The position numbers were made by a program, and so were the translations under genes. Source: a bacterium (GTDB lineage: Bacteria; RBG-13-61-14; DATKZS01). From it: 64,000 nucleotides of DNA. Where the stretch lies: assembly GCA_963674965.2 (NCBI GenBank), contig CAXXFL010000007.1:800001-864000 (forward strand), read 5' to 3'. Within the stretch, counting starts at the first letter, position 1. The number at the start of each line of letters is the position of its first letter. Positions 9,921 through 20,300 of the stretch are shown here, one piece after another. The notes beneath the pieces were generated by a model. That model was given only the letters and a program-made list of their open reading frames with translations, had not been told where the DNA came from and ran no database searches.

Positions 9921-12900
9921 TTGGGCAAGGACGTTAAGGGGGCTGGCGTAAAGGAACGCGGACTGCTTTTCGGCCTCCTGGCCGTGCAGCTCGGTTTCAT
10001 TACTCCCGAGCAGCTTACCGCCGCGGCCGGAGAATGGGCCGTGGACCCCTCCGCCGACATCGGCGAGTCCATGGTGCGCTCGCGATACATCACCGAGATT
10101 CAGAAATCTTCCATTGACGCCCTCCTCCTTACCAAGGTCAGTTCCCACGGCGGCGACATGAAAAGCACCCTGGCCTCGGTGGACGAGGACGTTAAAGGGT
10201 CCATGATTCCAGGAAGCGAGGACTTGACGGCCGACTTCGAGAGGGCGGCCCGCCGGAGCGGACACGCCCGGGGCGGCGTGGTCGTAAAGGGCCCCGACGC
10301 GGGGCGCAAAAAAGAGCCTCCCCCCATGGGCAGGGTCGATATTTCCTTCGGGGAGCCGGAGAAGAAAGAAGAAGAAGACGAGGAGGATTCCGTCGATTAC
10401 GACTTCCGGGACGCGCCGACCGTGACTAAAATGCCCAGCGCGGCCGATCTCATCCGCCTCAAGGACGAGGAAAGAAAAAAGGACGCCGCCGGGACCCTGA
10501 TCGACGAGGAGGAAGAGGAAGAGGACGACGACCAAACCAAGACCATCTCTCGCGGCGTCGGCACGCTGGTGGACGAACCCGTCCCCGAGTCGGCGGCAAA
10601 GCCGGAGACGGCCGGCGGCACGATGGTCGATTCCCCCGCCAGGGGACCTGAAAAGACCAAAGCGTCGTCCGGCCCCGCGGGGACCCTTGACGCCCGGGAG
10701 GAGGAAGAGGATGAACCCCCGTCCTCCGCTCGGACCGAGATCGACGGCCTCGAGATAGACGGATGGGCCGCCGACGATGACGAGGAAGATGACGACGACG
10801 TAATCTGGTCCGACGGCGCCGAACTGGACGACCGGGCCGAGGACTCGACCATCGACAGCCAGTTCGCCAGCCTGGTGGACACGGAAAGCCTGACCACCGA
10901 GCACAAGGGAAGATACATTATCAGGTCCGAGCAGGGAAGAGGGGCCATCGGCCGGGTGCTGGTGGTCTTCGACCAGCACATAGGACGCGAGGTCGCCCTC
11001 AAGGAACTTCTCGTCACCTCGAGGCGAGCGAAAAGAAAGGGCAAACAAGCCGGCGAAGTGGACGAGGCCACGGCCCGTTTCCTGGGCGAGGCTCGCGTCA
11101 CGGGCATCCTCGAGCACCCCGGCATCGTGCCCGTTTACGAGATAGCCAGAAGGCAGGACGGCTCGATCTACTACACCATGAAGCTGGTCCGGGGGGAGAC
11201 CCTCGAGGAGAAGATCGAGGCGTGCAGGACCATGCGCGACCGCTACGCCCTGCTCAACAGTTTTCTCGATCTCTGCCAGGCCCTGGCTTACGCCCACTCG
11301 ATGGGAGTCATTCACCGGGACATCAAGCCCGCCAACGTCATGATCGGGGAATTCGGCGAGACGGTCGTGCTCGACTGGGGCATAGCCAAGATCAAGGGCG
11401 TGCAGGAAACGGCCAAGGCCTTCACGGCCGACGATATAAACATCATGATGTTCGGGAGCGGGGGCCACACCGTGGCGGGCAAGCCGATCGGCACGCCCTG
11501 CTACATGAGTCCCGAGCAGGCCGAGGGCGCCCTCGACGTGATCGACGAGAAGAGCGACGTGTGGAGCCTGGGAGCCGTCCTTTTCGAGCTCCTGTCCGGC
11601 CAGCCCCCCTACACGGGCGAGTCGGCCTGGGACGTGGTGGGCAAGGTCCTCAAGGACCCGGCCCCATCGGTCAGGGAGGCCGCGCCTCAGGCGGCCCCCG
11701 AGCTTTGCGCCATCTGCGACAAGTGCCTTACCAAGGACAGGGACAAAAGATACAAGAACGCCAGCCGGCTGGCGGCGGACATAAAGAATTTCCTCGACGG
11801 ATCGAGGGTCTCGGCCTACGACTACTTCTCCACCTCCGTGGACATGAGGGTCATCGGCCGCTACCTCATGCAGAGATGGCCGGTGGTCGCGACCATCGGC
11901 GTGGCCCTTTTCATTCTCGGCATCTTCGGGGGCTGGTCCTTCCAGAGGATCGGCCACGAGAGAGACATCGCCATCCAAACCGGCGAGGACCTGAAAACGA
12001 CCCTGACCGACGGCTACATATCCAAGCGAAAGCAGGCGGTGGCCGAAAAGGCATGGGGAAGCGCCGAGGTTTACGCCTCCATGATCCTGACCCTGCGGGA
12101 CACCATGAAGGACCGCTACGGGGTCAGCTATTACCGAACCATGCGTCCCCTCAAGCTTAAGTCCATCCTGAGCGGGCACAAGGACAAGGTCATGAAGGTC
12201 CTTTTCAGCCCGGACGGAAAAACCCTGGCCTCCCAAAGCGTGGACGGGACCGCCAAGCTGTGGGAGGTCTCCACCGGGAAACTTCTTCATTCCTTCGAGG
12301 GACACAAGGCCTGGGTGTCGTCCATGGCCTTCAGCCCGGGGGGAAGGACCCTGGCCACGGGCGGAAGAGACAACGCGCTTTACGTCTGGGACACTTACTC
12401 GGGCCGGACCCTTCAGGCCAAGGAGGAAGCCCACCTGGGCTGGATCACCAACGTGGCCTTCAGCCCCGACGGCAGGACCATAGCAACGGCCAGCAGGGAC
12501 AGGACCATAAAAATCTGGGACGCCTTCTCCGGACAGCTTCTGAACCTTTTGTTCGGACACGCGGGGGACGTGAACTGCATCGCCTTCAGCCCCGACGGAC
12601 GCTTCCTGGCCTCGGGCAGCAAGGACAAGACGGTCAAGGTCTGGGACATGGAGACGGCGAAGCTGAAGTACGATATGAAGGGCCACGAGGGCCTTAATGA
12701 GGACGTCTTTAACGTGGCCTACAGCCCCGACGGCCAGTATATTGCCTCGGGCGCCTTTAACGGCGTGATCATATTGTGGAGCGCCACCACTGGCGAGATG
12801 GTCGCGAAGATGAAAGAGCACACCATGATGGTTAACGACCTGACCTTCAACGAGAGGGGCGACAAACTGGCCTCCGCTGGTTGGGACGGGTCGGTCAAGA

Positions 12901-14333
12901 TATGGGACGTTCCCGCCGGCGTCATGGCCCATTCCCTGGAGGGGCACGGCCAAAGGGTCGTGTCGGTTGACTTCAGCTCGGACGGCAAATACCTGGCCTC
13001 CGCCGGGCTCGACGGGTCGGCCCGGCTGTGGAACCCTACTTCCGGCCAACTCCTGTTCACCCTGCAGGGACATCCGGGCTCCGTGTACGACGCGCTTTTC
13101 AGTCCCGACTCGAAATACCTGGCCACCTGCGGCCTTGACGCCAACGTGAAGCTCTGGCAGGTTTCCTCCTCGAAGATCGACCTGGAGGAGGATGACAACA
13201 AGGTAACCAAGATAGCCTTCAGCCCCGACGGAAGCTGCCTGGCCTCGGTGAGCGAGGACAACAGGATCAAGATATGGAGCCCGCAAAAGGGAAAACTCCA
13301 GACCCTGGCCATGCACACGGACTCCATCAGGGCCATCTCCTTCAGCCCCGACGGAAGGATACTGGCCTCGGCCGGAGACGACTTTACCGTGAAGCTGTGG
13401 AACGTCAGGTCGGGCAAGCTTCTACGGTCATTTGACAACCACGTGGACACCGTCACCTCGGTCGCCTTCAACAAGGAGGGAAGCTACCTGATCTCCGGGA
13501 GCGAGGACAAGACCATCAAGGTCTGGGACACCTACCTGGGGGAAATGGTGGTGAACTTCAACGCTCACGAGGGGGCCGTAACGTCGATAAAAGTCAGTCC
13601 ACACGAGGGCAACGTCTTCGCCTCGGCGGGCAAGGACGGAGTGGTCAAGCTGTGGGACCTGGACAAAATCTTACAGAAGAAAGAGGGGATATTCATTCAC
13701 GAGCTGAAAGGCCACAAGGGATCGGTCCTGGAATTGGCCTTCTCCCCGGATGGAATCACGCTGGCATCCGCGGGCAAGGACGGGACGGCGAAAATATGGA
13801 ACGCGGCGGCGGGAAAAATCGAGCACGACCTGAAGGGGCACAGGGGAGCGGTCAGGGTCATCGCCTTCAGCCCCGACGGAAAAATCCTCGCCACCGGAAG
13901 CTCGGACGAGACGGTCAAACTCTGGATGACCGACACGGGCAGACCCATCAACGAAGATGAAAACCAGATAAGACATAAAAGCTGGATAAGCTGCCTCGCC
14001 TTCAGCCCCGACGGAAAAATCCTCGCCACCGGGAGCTGGGACAACACGGTCAAGCTATGGATAGCCCAGACCGGAGAACTCATCTCCTCACTCGACGAGC
14101 ACTCCGACGTGGTCAACGACCTCGCCTTCAGTCCCGACGGGTCCTACCTGGCCACCGCCAGCTACGATAATTCCATCATGCTCTGGCCCTTCGATAAAAA
14201 CGTCTTGAGCGGAGACCCCAAGGAACTGCTCGAGACCTCTCAATTGGAAAACGGACTCGTCATCGAGGGACTGGACCTCGTGCCTTGGACGCCGGAAAAA
14301 CCGGGCGAGAGCGACGGCTCCTCCGTCGAGTGA
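9921..14333 (+). CDS. Hanks-type Ser/Thr protein kinase with acidic N-terminal linker, hydrophobic helix and 16 WD40 repeats
   Basis: GRGAIGRV, VALK, HRDIKPANV, DWG, GTPCYMSPEQ, DVWSLG; helix WPVVATIGVALFILGIFGGW; 16 GH..FSPDG..W repeats counted; GGAGG before TTG. Confidence 0.93.
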   Translation: MGKDVKGAGVKERGLLFGLLAVQLGFITPEQLTAAAGEWAVDPSADIGESMVRSRYITEIQKSSIDALLLTKVSSHGGDMKSTLASVDEDVKGSMIPGSEDLTADFERAARRSGHARGGVVVKGPDAGRKKEPPPMGRVDISFGEPEKKEEEDEEDSVDYDFRDAPTVTKMPSAADLIRLKDEERKKDAAGTLIDEEEEEEDDDQTKTISRGVGTLVDEPVPESAAKPETAGGTMVDSPARGPEKTKASSGPAGTLDAREEEEDEPPSSARTEIDGLEIDGWAADDDEEDDDDVIWSDGAELDDRAEDSTIDSQFASLVDTESLTTEHKGRYIIRSEQGRGAIGRVLVVFDQHIGREVALKELLVTSRRAKRKGKQAGEVDEATARFLGEARVTGILEHPGIVPVYEIARRQDGSIYYTMKLVRGETLEEKIEACRTMRDRYALLNSFLDLCQALAYAHSMGVIHRDIKPANVMIGEFGETVVLDWGIAKIKGVQETAKAFTADDINIMMFGSGGHTVAGKPIGTPCYMSPEQAEGALDVIDEKSDVWSLGAVLFELLSGQPPYTGESAWDVVGKVLKDPAPSVREAAPQAAPELCAICDKCLTKDRDKRYKNASRLAADIKNFLDGSRVSAYDYFSTSVDMRVIGRYLMQRWPVVATIGVALFILGIFGGWSFQRIGHERDIAIQTGEDLKTTLTDGYISKRKQAVAEKAWGSAEVYASMILTLRDTMKDRYGVSYYRTMRPLKLKSILSGHKDKVMKVLFSPDGKTLASQSVDGTAKLWEVSTGKLLHSFEGHKAWVSSMAFSPGGRTLATGGRDNALYVWDTYSGRTLQAKEEAHLGWITNVAFSPDGRTIATASRDRTIKIWDAFSGQLLNLLFGHAGDVNCIAFSPDGRFLASGSKDKTVKVWDMETAKLKYDMKGHEGLNEDVFNVAYSPDGQYIASGAFNGVIILWSATTGEMVAKMKEHTMMVNDLTFNERGDKLASAGWDGSVKIWDVPAGVMAHSLEGHGQRVVSVDFSSDGKYLASAGLDGSARLWNPTSGQLLFTLQGHPGSVYDALFSPDSKYLATCGLDANVKLWQVSSSKIDLEEDDNKVTKIAFSPDGSCLASVSEDNRIKIWSPQKGKLQTLAMHTDSIRAISFSPDGRILASAGDDFTVKLWNVRSGKLLRSFDNHVDTVTSVAFNKEGSYLISGSEDKTIKVWDTYLGEMVVNFNAHEGAVTSIKVSPHEGNVFASAGKDGVVKLWDLDKILQKKEGIFIHELKGHKGSVLELAFSPDGITLASAGKDGTAKIWNAAAGKIEHDLKGHRGAVRVIAFSPDGKILATGSSDETVKLWMTDTGRPINEDENQIRHKSWISCLAFSPDGKILATGSWDNTVKLWIAQTGELISSLDEHSDVVNDLAFSPDGSYLATASYDNSIMLWPFDKNVLSGDPKELLETSQLENGLVIEGLDLVPWTPEKPGESDGSSVE
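13861..14032 (+). repeat. 37-nt exact direct repeat between WD40 blades 14 and 15
   Basis: tcgccttcagccccgacggaaaaatcctcgccaccgg at 13861-13897 and 13996-14032. Confidence 0.9.
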
Positions 14334-14392
14334 CCCGCCCGCCCATACGGTCTCTCGTCGTAGTAGCGCGGCGAGCCTGGAGGAGATATTTC

Positions 14393-17050
14393 ATGAATAC
14401 CCATAAGAGGATTATTCTGGCCCTCGCTCTTGCCATGGCGACGCCGCTAATCCTGGCCTCCGCCGGGCCGGCCGGCGCTGCCTCCAAACACATGAAGGAA
14501 GACCTCGCCGAGGGATGGAGCATAATCAACGCCCGTGAAGTCGCCCAAGGCGGAGAGGAAATCTCGACGCCGGGGTTCGACCGCTCCGGCTGGATTCCCG
14601 CTCGGGTCCCCGCGACCGTGATGGCCGCCCTCGTCGAGGCGGGCGAGATCGAGGACCCCTATTTCGGCGTGAACCTCAAGTCCGTTCCCGGCGCCCTGCC
14701 CCCGCCCCTGGACATATCCGCCTCGCGCATGCCTCCCTTCAGCCCCTTCAGGGACCCATGGTGGTACGCGATCGAGTTCGATATTCCACCGGGCTTCTCC
14801 GGCCAAAGGATATGGCTCGAGCTTAAAGGCGTTAACTACCGGGCCAACGTCTGGATGAACGGGCGGAAAATAGCGGGTTCGGACCGGATCGTGGGCGCCT
14901 ACCGATACTTCGAGCTCGACGTCACCGAGGCGGTGAGGGCGGGCCGAACCAACGCCCTGGCCCTCGAGGTTTTCGCGCCGGAGCGAAGGGAGTTGGCATT
15001 TAGCTGGGTGGACTGGAACCCGGCGCCTCCCGACCGGGACATGGGCATATGGCGAGAGGCGTCACTCATCGCCGCGGGGCCCGTCAGAATCCGGCGCCCT
15101 CGCGTCCGGTCCGAGATCGACCTTGCCACTCTGGGCGAGGCCCGCCTTACCGTGGCCGTGGAGGTCGAAAACGGCTCGGAGAGCGAGCGAAAAGCCACCG
15201 TCAGGGGAAGGACGGACTCGATATCCTTCGCCAAGGAGGTAACCCTGGGGCCGGGCGAAAAAAGAGAGGTCCTATTCAGTCCCGAGGAGTTCCCCGTCCT
15301 GGTCATTCGAGAACCCCGGCTCTGGTGGCCCTACCAGATGGGCGAGCCCAACCTTTACGACCTGGAGATATCAGCCGAGGTTGGCGGCGAGATTTCCGAC
15401 TCGGCGCTCTCGAGGTTCGGCGTCAGAGACGTCAAGTCCGAGTTCACCGAGGAGGGCAACCTGGTTTTCAAGGTCAACGGAAAAAGGGTACTCATCCGAG
15501 GAGCCGGGTGGGCCCCCGACATGATGCTCCGCCCCAATCCCGAGCGCCTGGCCTGGGAGATAAGGTACGTCAAGGAGATGAATCTTAACGCCATCCGGCT
15601 GGAGGGTAAGCTCGAGACCGACGAGTTCTACGACCTTTGCGACCAGGAGGGGATCATGGTCATCGCCGGCTGGTGCTGCTGCCACCATTGGGAGAGATGG
15701 CACGCCTGGGACAAGGAGGACCACGTGGTCGCCGAGCGCAGCCAGCGCGACCAGATAAGGCGCCTTGGTTCCCATCCCTGCATGATCGCCTGGATGAACG
15801 CAAGCGACATGCCTCCTCCCCCCGCGGTGGAGAAGGTTTACCTCGAGACGCTTGAGGAGGCCGGCTGGCCCAACCCCTCCATATCCTCGGCCTCCGAGAA
15901 GCCGGCCAAGTTCAGTGGGCCCTCGGGCGTGAAGATGACCGGGCCCTACGATTACGTTCCTCCCCTTTACTGGTATGAGGACGATAAAAGGGGAGGGGCC
16001 TGGGGATTCAACACCGAAACCTCGCCCGGACCGGCCGTTCCCCCTATCGAGTCGCTCGAGGCCATGCTTCCGGCGGACGAGCTCTGGCCCGTCAACGACT
16101 ACTGGAACTATCACGCGGGAAGAAACCTCTTCGGAAACATCTCCATTTTCAAAAAAGCCCAGGATTCCCGGTACGGACCCTCGAGCGGCGCGGAGGAATT
16201 CTCCGTCAAGTCCCAGGCCATGTGCTACGAGGGAGAGCGGGCCATGTTCGAGGCCTACGGCCGCGAGAAGTACACGGCCACCGGCGTTATCCAGTGGATG
16301 CTCAACGACGCCTGGCCCTCCATCATCTGGCACCTCTACGATTACTACCTGAGGCCGGGGGGAGGATACTTCGGGACTAAAAAGGCCCTCGAGCCACTCC
16401 ACGTCCAGTACTCCTACGACGACCGCTCGATAGTGGTGGTCAACGGCCGCGTCCGACCGGCGGAAGGCCTCACCCTGAAGGCGCGCCTTTTCAACCTCGA
16501 CATGGAGGAAAAGTGGTGCGAGGAGTTCGCCGTGAGCGTGGATGAGGACGCGGTGAAACTCGTCGGGTTCGCGCCGGAGCCGGAAGGCTTGACCTCGACC
16601 TATTTCCTCAAGCTCGAGCTTCGCGGCGAGGGCGGAGAATCGATAAGCGACAATTTTTACTGGCTGTCCACCAAGCCCGACGTTCTAAGCTGGATGGGCT
16701 CGACCTGGTATTACACGCCGGCCAAGTCCCACGCCGACTTCAAGGCGTTAAACGATCTCGAGACGATCGGGATCGAGGCCAGGGCGGATTTCAAAAATAC
16801 GGAGAGTTGGGGCTCGGCTGAAGTAGCCGTGAGAAACCCCTCGGGTTCCCTGGCCTTCATGGTAAGGCTGAAGATGGTCGCCGGCGGCGAGGAAATCCTT
16901 CCCGTCTTCTGGGAGGACAATTACTTCTCCCTTCTCCCCGGCGAGGAAAGAACGATCAAGGTCGAGTTCCCTTTGCCCGCGGCCAAAGATAATGATCCAA
17001 TCCTGGAAGTGGGCGGCTGGAACGTATCGGGATACGAACCCTTAAAATAG
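14393..17050 (+). CDS. Secreted GH2 glycosidase, exo-beta-D-glucosaminidase (CsxA-like)
   Basis: GGAGGAG RBS, signal peptide; LWWP..MGEPNLY, IRLEGK, GWCCC..WE, NASD, GVKMTGPYDYVPP.YWY, FNTETS and WMLN resemble CsxA-subfamily GH2. Confidence 0.85.
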   Translation: MNTHKRIILALALAMATPLILASAGPAGAASKHMKEDLAEGWSIINAREVAQGGEEISTPGFDRSGWIPARVPATVMAALVEAGEIEDPYFGVNLKSVPGALPPPLDISASRMPPFSPFRDPWWYAIEFDIPPGFSGQRIWLELKGVNYRANVWMNGRKIAGSDRIVGAYRYFELDVTEAVRAGRTNALALEVFAPERRELAFSWVDWNPAPPDRDMGIWREASLIAAGPVRIRRPRVRSEIDLATLGEARLTVAVEVENGSESERKATVRGRTDSISFAKEVTLGPGEKREVLFSPEEFPVLVIREPRLWWPYQMGEPNLYDLEISAEVGGEISDSALSRFGVRDVKSEFTEEGNLVFKVNGKRVLIRGAGWAPDMMLRPNPERLAWEIRYVKEMNLNAIRLEGKLETDEFYDLCDQEGIMVIAGWCCCHHWERWHAWDKEDHVVAERSQRDQIRRLGSHPCMIAWMNASDMPPPPAVEKVYLETLEEAGWPNPSISSASEKPAKFSGPSGVKMTGPYDYVPPLYWYEDDKRGGAWGFNTETSPGPAVPPIESLEAMLPADELWPVNDYWNYHAGRNLFGNISIFKKAQDSRYGPSSGAEEFSVKSQAMCYEGERAMFEAYGREKYTATGVIQWMLNDAWPSIIWHLYDYYLRPGGGYFGTKKALEPLHVQYSYDDRSIVVVNGRVRPAEGLTLKARLFNLDMEEKWCEEFAVSVDEDAVKLVGFAPEPEGLTSTYFLKLELRGEGGESISDNFYWLSTKPDVLSWMGSTWYYTPAKSHADFKALNDLETIGIEARADFKNTESWGSAEVAVRNPSGSLAFMVRLKMVAGGEEILPVFWEDNYFSLLPGEERTIKVEFPLPAAKDNDPILEVGGWNVSGYEPLK

Positions 17051-17250
17051 GAGCGGCCGGGCAATTGTCGAGTTATGATGTAACTTTTGCGGGCGGCCGT
17101 CCAATTGGAGGGCGTATGCCCAAATTGCCGATCCGCGCCTAATTGTGCTACCTTCAAGTAGAAGCTTGGACGTATTATCCGGCTTTGCATGGGGACCCTC
17201 GCGGCTGGTCCGCGAGGATGGTACATTATCCCGCCCCGAGCGCGATCACC

Positions 17251-17266
17251 TGGCGCGGTCTTTGCT
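17251..17266 (+). promoter_or_regulatory. Putative sigma54 (-24/-12) promoter
   Basis: TGGCGCG-GTCT-TTGCT with GG and GC 12 nt apart, about 40 nt upstream of ATG 17308. Confidence 0.6.
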
Positions 17267-17307
17267 GGGGCATTGAAGCATAAAACGATAATAAGGAGAT
17301 CAGGCAG

Positions 17308-20300
17308 ATGAGAGCCAAATTTTTCCTTCGCGCGTGGGCGGCGCTTATGGCGCCGCTGGTTCTGGTAATTTTTTCCCTCGGCGGGACAAGCGAGGCGGCC
17401 GATTCCTCCGGTCCAAGGCCGACCGTGGTCCGCTCATCCAAGGTGGGCGTTTCCCGGCCCTTGAGCGAGATGAAGGTCGCGCGGCCCTCGGGGCGGGCCG
17501 TCTCGGGACCGGCCATCGAGGTCCCTCTTGGCCGTCCTTCCCCCCGGCGTCCGGTATCGGTTCACGAGTCGGACGGGGCGCTTCAGGACTGGCAAGGCAC
17601 GGCGCGGATGCCGTCCATTGACGTTAACTTCGAGGGCCTGGGCAACGTTAACGGAGTTTTGCCCCCCGACACCAACGGGGACGTGGGACCGGACCACTAC
17701 GTCGAGTGGGTCAATCTCTCCATTGCCGTCTACGATAAGAGCGGGGACCTGCTGCTCGGACCGATCCCCGGCAACCAGATTTGGGACGGCTTCGGCGGGG
17801 CCTGCGAGGAATTTAACGACGGCGACCCCATCGTCATGTACGACCAGTTGGCCAACCGCTGGATGATAAGCCAGTTCGCCCTCGAATGGGGCGTGGGCTT
17901 CCACCAGTGCATCGCCGTCTCGCAAAAGCCCGACCCCACGGGCTCGTGGTACCTTTACGACTTCGAGATCAGCTCGGAAAAAATGAACGACTATCCCAAG
18001 TTCGGGGTATGGCCCGACGGCTATTACGTCTCGTTCAACCAGTTTAACGACGACGCGACCAACTCCTGGGCCGGAGCGGGAGTGGCGGTTTTCGAGCGCT
18101 CCGAAATGCTGCAGGGCCGCTCCGCCCGCATGGTCTACTTCGACCTTTACGACGTGGACTCGGACTACTGGGGACTTCTTCCCTCCGACTTCGACGGGCA
18201 GCCCCCCCCAGCCGGGTCGCCCAATTATTACGTGTCCGTCGAGTTCACCGAATGGGGCTCGCCCCAGGACAGGCTGCGCATATGGGAGTTCAAAACCGAC
18301 TGGACTAAACCCACGGACTCGACCTTCGGGGTCGGCGGCGTGGCCAATGAGACCCTGGTCACCTCCTCTTTTGACGCCGACATGTGCGGCTTCAGCAGGA
18401 ACTGTATCTCCCAGCCGGGAGGGGCCAAGTTGGACGCCATATCGGACCGTCTCATGTTCCGCAACCAGTACAGAAATTTCGACGACCATGAGACCCTGGT
18501 CCTGAACCACACGGTGGACGCCAATGGTTCCGACCTGGCGGGGATCAGGTGGTACGAGCTTCGCAATAAGGGTACCTGGTCGATCTTCCAGCAGGGCACC
18601 TATTCTCCCGACTCGACCAACCGGTGGATGGGCAGCATCGCCATGGACGCGGTCGGAAACATCGCGCTGGGCTATAGTAAAAGCAGTTCTTCCCTGTCTC
18701 CTTCCATCGCCGTGGCCGGACGCCTGGCGGGCGATCCCGCGGGAACGCTTCCCCAGGCCGAGCGGACCATCATAACCGGAAGCGGCTACCAGACCCATTC
18801 CAGCGGCAGGTGGGGAGACTACTCGTCCATGTCCGTGGACCCCACCGACGACTGCACCTTCTGGTACGCGCAGGAATATTACGACTCGGCCTCGAGCGCG
18901 GACTGGAAGACGAGAATAGCGTCCTTCCGTTTTCCCACCTGCAGTTCCTCCGGCCTGGGAGAACTGAAGGGAAAGGTCACGGACGACTCGACCGGCGACC
19001 CCGTAAGCGGGGCCCTGATCTCGGCGGGCATATTCAGCACCATCACCGACGACAACGGCGAATACGACATTATCAACCTTCCCGGGGGCACTTACGACGT
19101 CACGGCCTCGAGCTTTCTTTACAACGAGGAAACCGTAACCGACGTGGTGATCACGGACGGCGTCACCACTACTCTCGACTTCACGCTGACGGCCAAAGAC
19201 CCGGCCCTGGTGCAGGGCACGGTCAGGGAGGACTCCTCGAACGACTGGCCCCTTTACGCCAAGGTCCACGCCAAGCACTCCTCCGGTTTTGAAGCCTCGG
19301 TTTATACCGATCCCGTCACCGGCCAGTACAGCCTTAACCTGCTCCGCGACGACCCCTTCACCTTTACCGTGACGGCCCAATACCCGGGCTATGAGGAACT
19401 GGTAACGACGGTAACTCCCACCTCGAACCCCTATACGGCCGACTTCGACCTGGCGGTGATCGAGGCCGAGTGCACGGCGCCGGGAAGGTATATCGATTAC
19501 AAGTACTATAACGACTTCGAGTCCGACAACGGCGGCTTCACCGCCCAGGCCCTCACTGGCTCGACCGACTCCTGGGCCTGGGGCGAGCCGACCAGCGGCC
19601 CCGGCGGGGCCTACTCGGGATCGAAAGCCTGGGCCACCAACCCGGCGGGCGACTACCAGGTCAACGAGAACTCCTGCATGGTCTCTCCCGCCATCGACCT
19701 GACCAGCGTGCCCGCGGGCGAGAGCATCACCCTCGAGTGGAGACAATACGCGGTCATGGAGCAGGGCTACGACTTCTACAGCGTCGAGGCGTCCAAAAAC
19801 GGCGGCGGGACCTGGGCCGTAATTTACGGCCCTCGCACGGGACAGGTCGACAACTCCTGGACGCGGACCTCCGTGGAACTCGACTCGACTTACCGGGTAT
19901 CGAATTTCAGGGTGAGGTTTTGCCTTGACAGCGACTATTCCGTCACTTACGACGGCGTATACATAGACGACGTCGGCCTGTACCCGGAGAGCGCGTGTCA
20001 GATCGAGGCCGGCGGACTGGTGATCGGCAACGTGTACGACGGGAACAACGGCGAGCCGGTCGACGGGATTTCCGTCAAGGACGGCCTGGGCCACCTGGAT
20101 TATACCGAGTCCACCTATGGCGACGGCTCGATCGACGACGGCTTCTACGCCCTTTTCTCCCAGGCGGGGTCCCGTACGGTGACCGCCGACGGCGGCGAGA
20201 ACTACGGCGACGACTCGGCCTCGGTAACGTTCGCGACCAACGCCGTCGCGACCCAGGACTTCGTGCTTCCCGCCGGGATACTCGAGGCCGACACCACCTC

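Noticed and set aside
9864-13316. 1150-aa minus-strand ORF
   Set aside because: Antisense shadow of the kinase-WD40 gene; no motifs; expected in high-GC DNA
14285-14392. N-terminal extension of GH2 ORF
   Set aside because: Overlaps the kinase end; RBS and signal peptide support ATG 14393
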